Shown: one piece after another, positions 35,858 to 37,934 of the stretch
How positions within the stretch are numbered: position 1 is the stretch's first letter
Layout of the letters: each line of letters begins with the position of its first letter
From: Chthoniobacterales bacterium
GTDB taxonomy: Bacteria; Verrucomicrobiota; Verrucomicrobiia; Chthoniobacterales; UBA10450
Assembly (NCBI GenBank): GCA_025980625.1
Contig: JAICXG010000001.1
Location: 1 to 37,934, forward strand
Direction: 5' to 3'
Length of the DNA: 37,934 bases
The notes under the pieces: model-generated
The model's database searches: none
Told to the model about the DNA's origin: nothing
What the model saw: only the letters and a program-made list of their open reading frames with translations
Position numbers and translations under genes: made by a program

Positions 35858-36886
35858 GTGAATCTTCGCGATCTGCAATTGCGCAACTTCCGCTGCTTCG
35901 CTTCCTACGCGGCGGAATTTGCGCCGGGATTCAATTTCATTGTCGGCCCGAACGGGCGCGGCAAGACGACGCTGCTCGAAGCGGCTTGCGTGCTGCTGCG
36001 TTTGCAATCGCAACGTTCCACCAATCTCGCTCCGGCTCTGCGCTTGGGTGAGCGATCGTTTGTGCTGGTCGGCCACGCCTCCGATCACCGCTTGCAGTTT
36101 TACTACAGCGCGCTGCGGCGGAAGGTGGCATTCGACGGGGTTGAGCAACGCGATCTGGCGGAATACCTGAGTCTTGCCCGCGTCGTTTCTTTTGCCAATC
36201 ACGATCTTGATCTCGTGCGCGGGCCCGCGGAGCTGCGCCGGCGCTATCTTGATTTCATCGGCGCGCAGATCGACGTGCGTTATCGCCCCGCGCTGCGCGC
36301 CTATGAACGCGCGCTTCGTTCCCGCAACGCGCTCCTCAAGTCGGCCCATCCCCGGCCGCGCGAGTTGGCCGCTTACACCGAACCGCTCGTCCGCTCGGGC
36401 AATCTGCTGCGCGAGCTGCGTAGCGCGATCGTTAGGCGACTGGCCCCGCGCGCGGCGGAAAGCCAGCGCCAGATCGGCGGCGGCCAGGAAATGCTCGGGC
36501 TCGAGTACGCGCCGGGCAGCGAAGAGGATTTCGCCGCGCAACTGGCGCGGGCCCGAGCCGAGGAAACGCGGCTTCGCCTAACGACGGTCGGGCCGCATCG
36601 CGATGATCTGCGCCTCTTGGTGGAAGGGCGACCGGCGGCACCCTTTGCCTCGGAGGGACAGCAGCGCACTACCGCGCTCGCTCTCAAGCTGGCTCAGGCG
36701 CAAATCTTTGCTGAAAATTTCGGGGCGCCGCCGCTCCTCCTGATCGACGATATTTTCGGCGAGCTGGATGCGGCCCGGCGCAATGCGCTCCTCGGCTGTT
36801 TGCCTAACGAGGCGCAAAAGCTGGTCACGGCGACTTCGCTCGCGTGGCGCGAAGGAAATCTGGAAGGACCGATTCTGCGGTTGTAG
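35858..36886 (+). CDS. recF: DNA replication and repair protein RecF
   Basis: GTG start. LQLRNFRCF, Walker A GPNGRGKTTLLEA, signature-like SEGQQRTTALALKLA, and Walker B LLLIDDIFGELD. Confidence 0.85.
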   Translation: MNLRDLQLRNFRCFASYAAEFAPGFNFIVGPNGRGKTTLLEAACVLLRLQSQRSTNLAPALRLGERSFVLVGHASDHRLQFYYSALRRKVAFDGVEQRDLAEYLSLARVVSFANHDLDLVRGPAELRRRYLDFIGAQIDVRYRPALRAYERALRSRNALLKSAHPRPRELAAYTEPLVRSGNLLRELRSAIVRRLAPRAAESQRQIGGGQEMLGLEYAPGSEEDFAAQLARARAEETRLRLTTVGPHRDDLRLLVEGRPAAPFASEGQQRTTALALKLAQAQIFAENFGAPPLLLIDDIFGELDAARRNALLGCLPNEAQKLVTATSLAWREGNLEGPILRL

Positions 36887-36945
36887 GCGAGGGTGGGCCC
36901 GCGCCCGCAACTTGCAGAGCAGCATGGGTGGTCTTCTATTTTCTT

Positions 36946-37503
36946 ATGCGTCGCCAGCCGAGCCAGCCGCAGAATTTCACCGGTCAGCTGCTGGTCGCGC
37001 ACCCGAGCATGCTCGATCCGAATTTTCGCCGGAGCGTGCTCTTTATCTCTTCGCACGACGAGTCGGAAGGCGCCGTTGGAGTCATCATCAATCGCCCGCT
37101 CGATAAACATGTTTCAGAATTAGTGACTGAGCCGCCGCCCGACGCGCTTGCCGATGTGCCGGTGTTTCTCGGCGGACCCGTCGGCACGAACCAACTGATG
37201 TTTGCAGCCTTCGATTGGAACGGGCAGAACTCGCTGAGCTTAAATCACCACGTGAATCTCGAGCACGCGCATGAACTGGCGGAACACGATCGGAGCGCAA
37301 TCCGCGCCTTTGTCGGTTATGCGGGTTGGACGGCGGGCCAACTGGAGAATGAGTTGCGCCAGAATGCCTGGGTCTTGCAAAAGCCCAGTCGCACCGCGCT
37401 TGCTCCGGAACGCCTGCCGAGACTCTGGTTTGATATTATGCGCAGCCTCGGCCCCTGGTTCAAGATGTTGGCGGCCGCGCCCGATGATCCTTCTTTGAAC
37501 TAG
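36946..37503 (+). CDS. yqgE: YqgE/AlgH family protein (UPF0301)
   Basis: GQLLVAHPSMLDPNFRRSVLFISSHDESEGAVGVIINRPL and GYAGWTAGQLENEL are characteristic of the family. Confidence 0.85.
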   Translation: MRRQPSQPQNFTGQLLVAHPSMLDPNFRRSVLFISSHDESEGAVGVIINRPLDKHVSELVTEPPPDALADVPVFLGGPVGTNQLMFAAFDWNGQNSLSLNHHVNLEHAHELAEHDRSAIRAFVGYAGWTAGQLENELRQNAWVLQKPSRTALAPERLPRLWFDIMRSLGPWFKMLAAAPDDPSLN

Positions 37504-37542
37504 CTTCGCGCCCCGGAAAATGCGAAGCAAGTGGGCAAAACT

Positions 37543-37934
37543 ATGATCATCGGCATTCCAAAAGAGATTAAGCCACAGGAGAATCGTGTAAGTCTGGTGC
37601 CTGCGGCGGCTCAACAGCTCACGAAGCGCGGTCACACCGTGCTGGTGCAAAAGGATGCAGGGATGGGTTCGGGTTATCCCGACTCTGACTACGCGGCAGC
37701 AGGGGCAAGGGTCATGGAGAAGGCAGCCGATCTTTTTGCCGATGCCGAGATGATCGTGAAAGTAAAGGAACCATTGCCGGCTGAGTACGAGCTTTTGCGA
37801 AAGGGCCAAATTCTTTTCACCTATCTGCATCTCGCGGCGAGCCGTTCACTTACCGAAGCAGTCGTGAATTCCGGTGTCACCGGCGTGGCCTACGAAACCA
37901 TTCAGGTGGGTCATCGTCTCCCCCTGCTCGAGCC
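37543..37934 (+). CDS. ald: Alanine dehydrogenase, 3'-partial
   Basis: MIIGIPKEIKPQENRVSLVPAAAQQLTKRGHTVLVQKDAG...MIVKVKEPLPAEYELL...LFTYLHLA matches the Ald N-terminal domain. The frame stays open to the window end. Confidence 0.9.
   Translation, partial: MIIGIPKEIKPQENRVSLVPAAAQQLTKRGHTVLVQKDAGMGSGYPDSDYAAAGARVMEKAADLFADAEMIVKVKEPLPAEYELLRKGQILFTYLHLAASRSLTEAVVNSGVTGVAYETIQVGHRLPLLE

Noticed and set aside
640-36810. Interpreting the abundant 8-mer as a Chi site, a KOPS/AIMS polar signal, a restriction-modification target or a REP/MITE element.
   Set aside because: Chi and KOPS-type signals are strongly strand-polarised, whereas the orientations here are 28:26 and interleaved. R-M targets are usually avoided rather than about 60-fold enriched. 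REP and MITE elements are longer, intergenic and share flanking sequence, whereas here only 8-9 nt are conserved and 50 of the 54 copies are coding.

Overview
High-GC (about 60% or more by eye) bacterial chromosomal window, gene-dense: about 34 protein genes, with no rRNA, tRNA, CRISPR array, transposase or integrase detected. Gene content in order: a 5'-partial MacB/FtsX-type permease; a translationally coupled ClpX-paralog -> class III cyclase -> recR operon; yajC-secDF; rpsU; a hemX-like/hemA/hemC/cobA-hemD operon that runs without a gap into a non-canonical Hsp70 module (GrpE-like, lid-less Hsp70, J-like/FGE-fold protein); apt; a ~1.5 kb low-GC islet encoding a secreted tandem Cys-domain protein plus a tiny coupled ORF; queF-queC; an NlpC/P60 hydrolase; an M20 peptidase; an APC permease; smc; a secreted S1/P1 nuclease; a TamB/AsmA-like giant protein; recF; yqgE; and a 3'-partial ald. 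The gene set is compatible with a soil Verrucomicrobia/Acidobacteria-like organism, but that is a guess. The strongest signal is not a gene. The non-palindromic 8-mer CCTAACGA/TCGTTAGG (9-mer consensus GCCTAACGA) occurs 54 times exactly, about one copy per 700 bp, where about one copy is expected. The two orientations are equally frequent. It appears in every reading frame that does not create an internal stop, and it brings rare TTA/CTA/AGG codons with it. It supplies the stop codon of three genes and forms one perfect inverted pair at a convergent gene junction. It is missing from several multi-kb stretches. This behaviour most resembles DNA uptake sequences (DUS/USS); I know of no description of such a word for this kind of genome. 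All coordinates were derived by hand from the ORF track and the sequence. No searches or computations were run.
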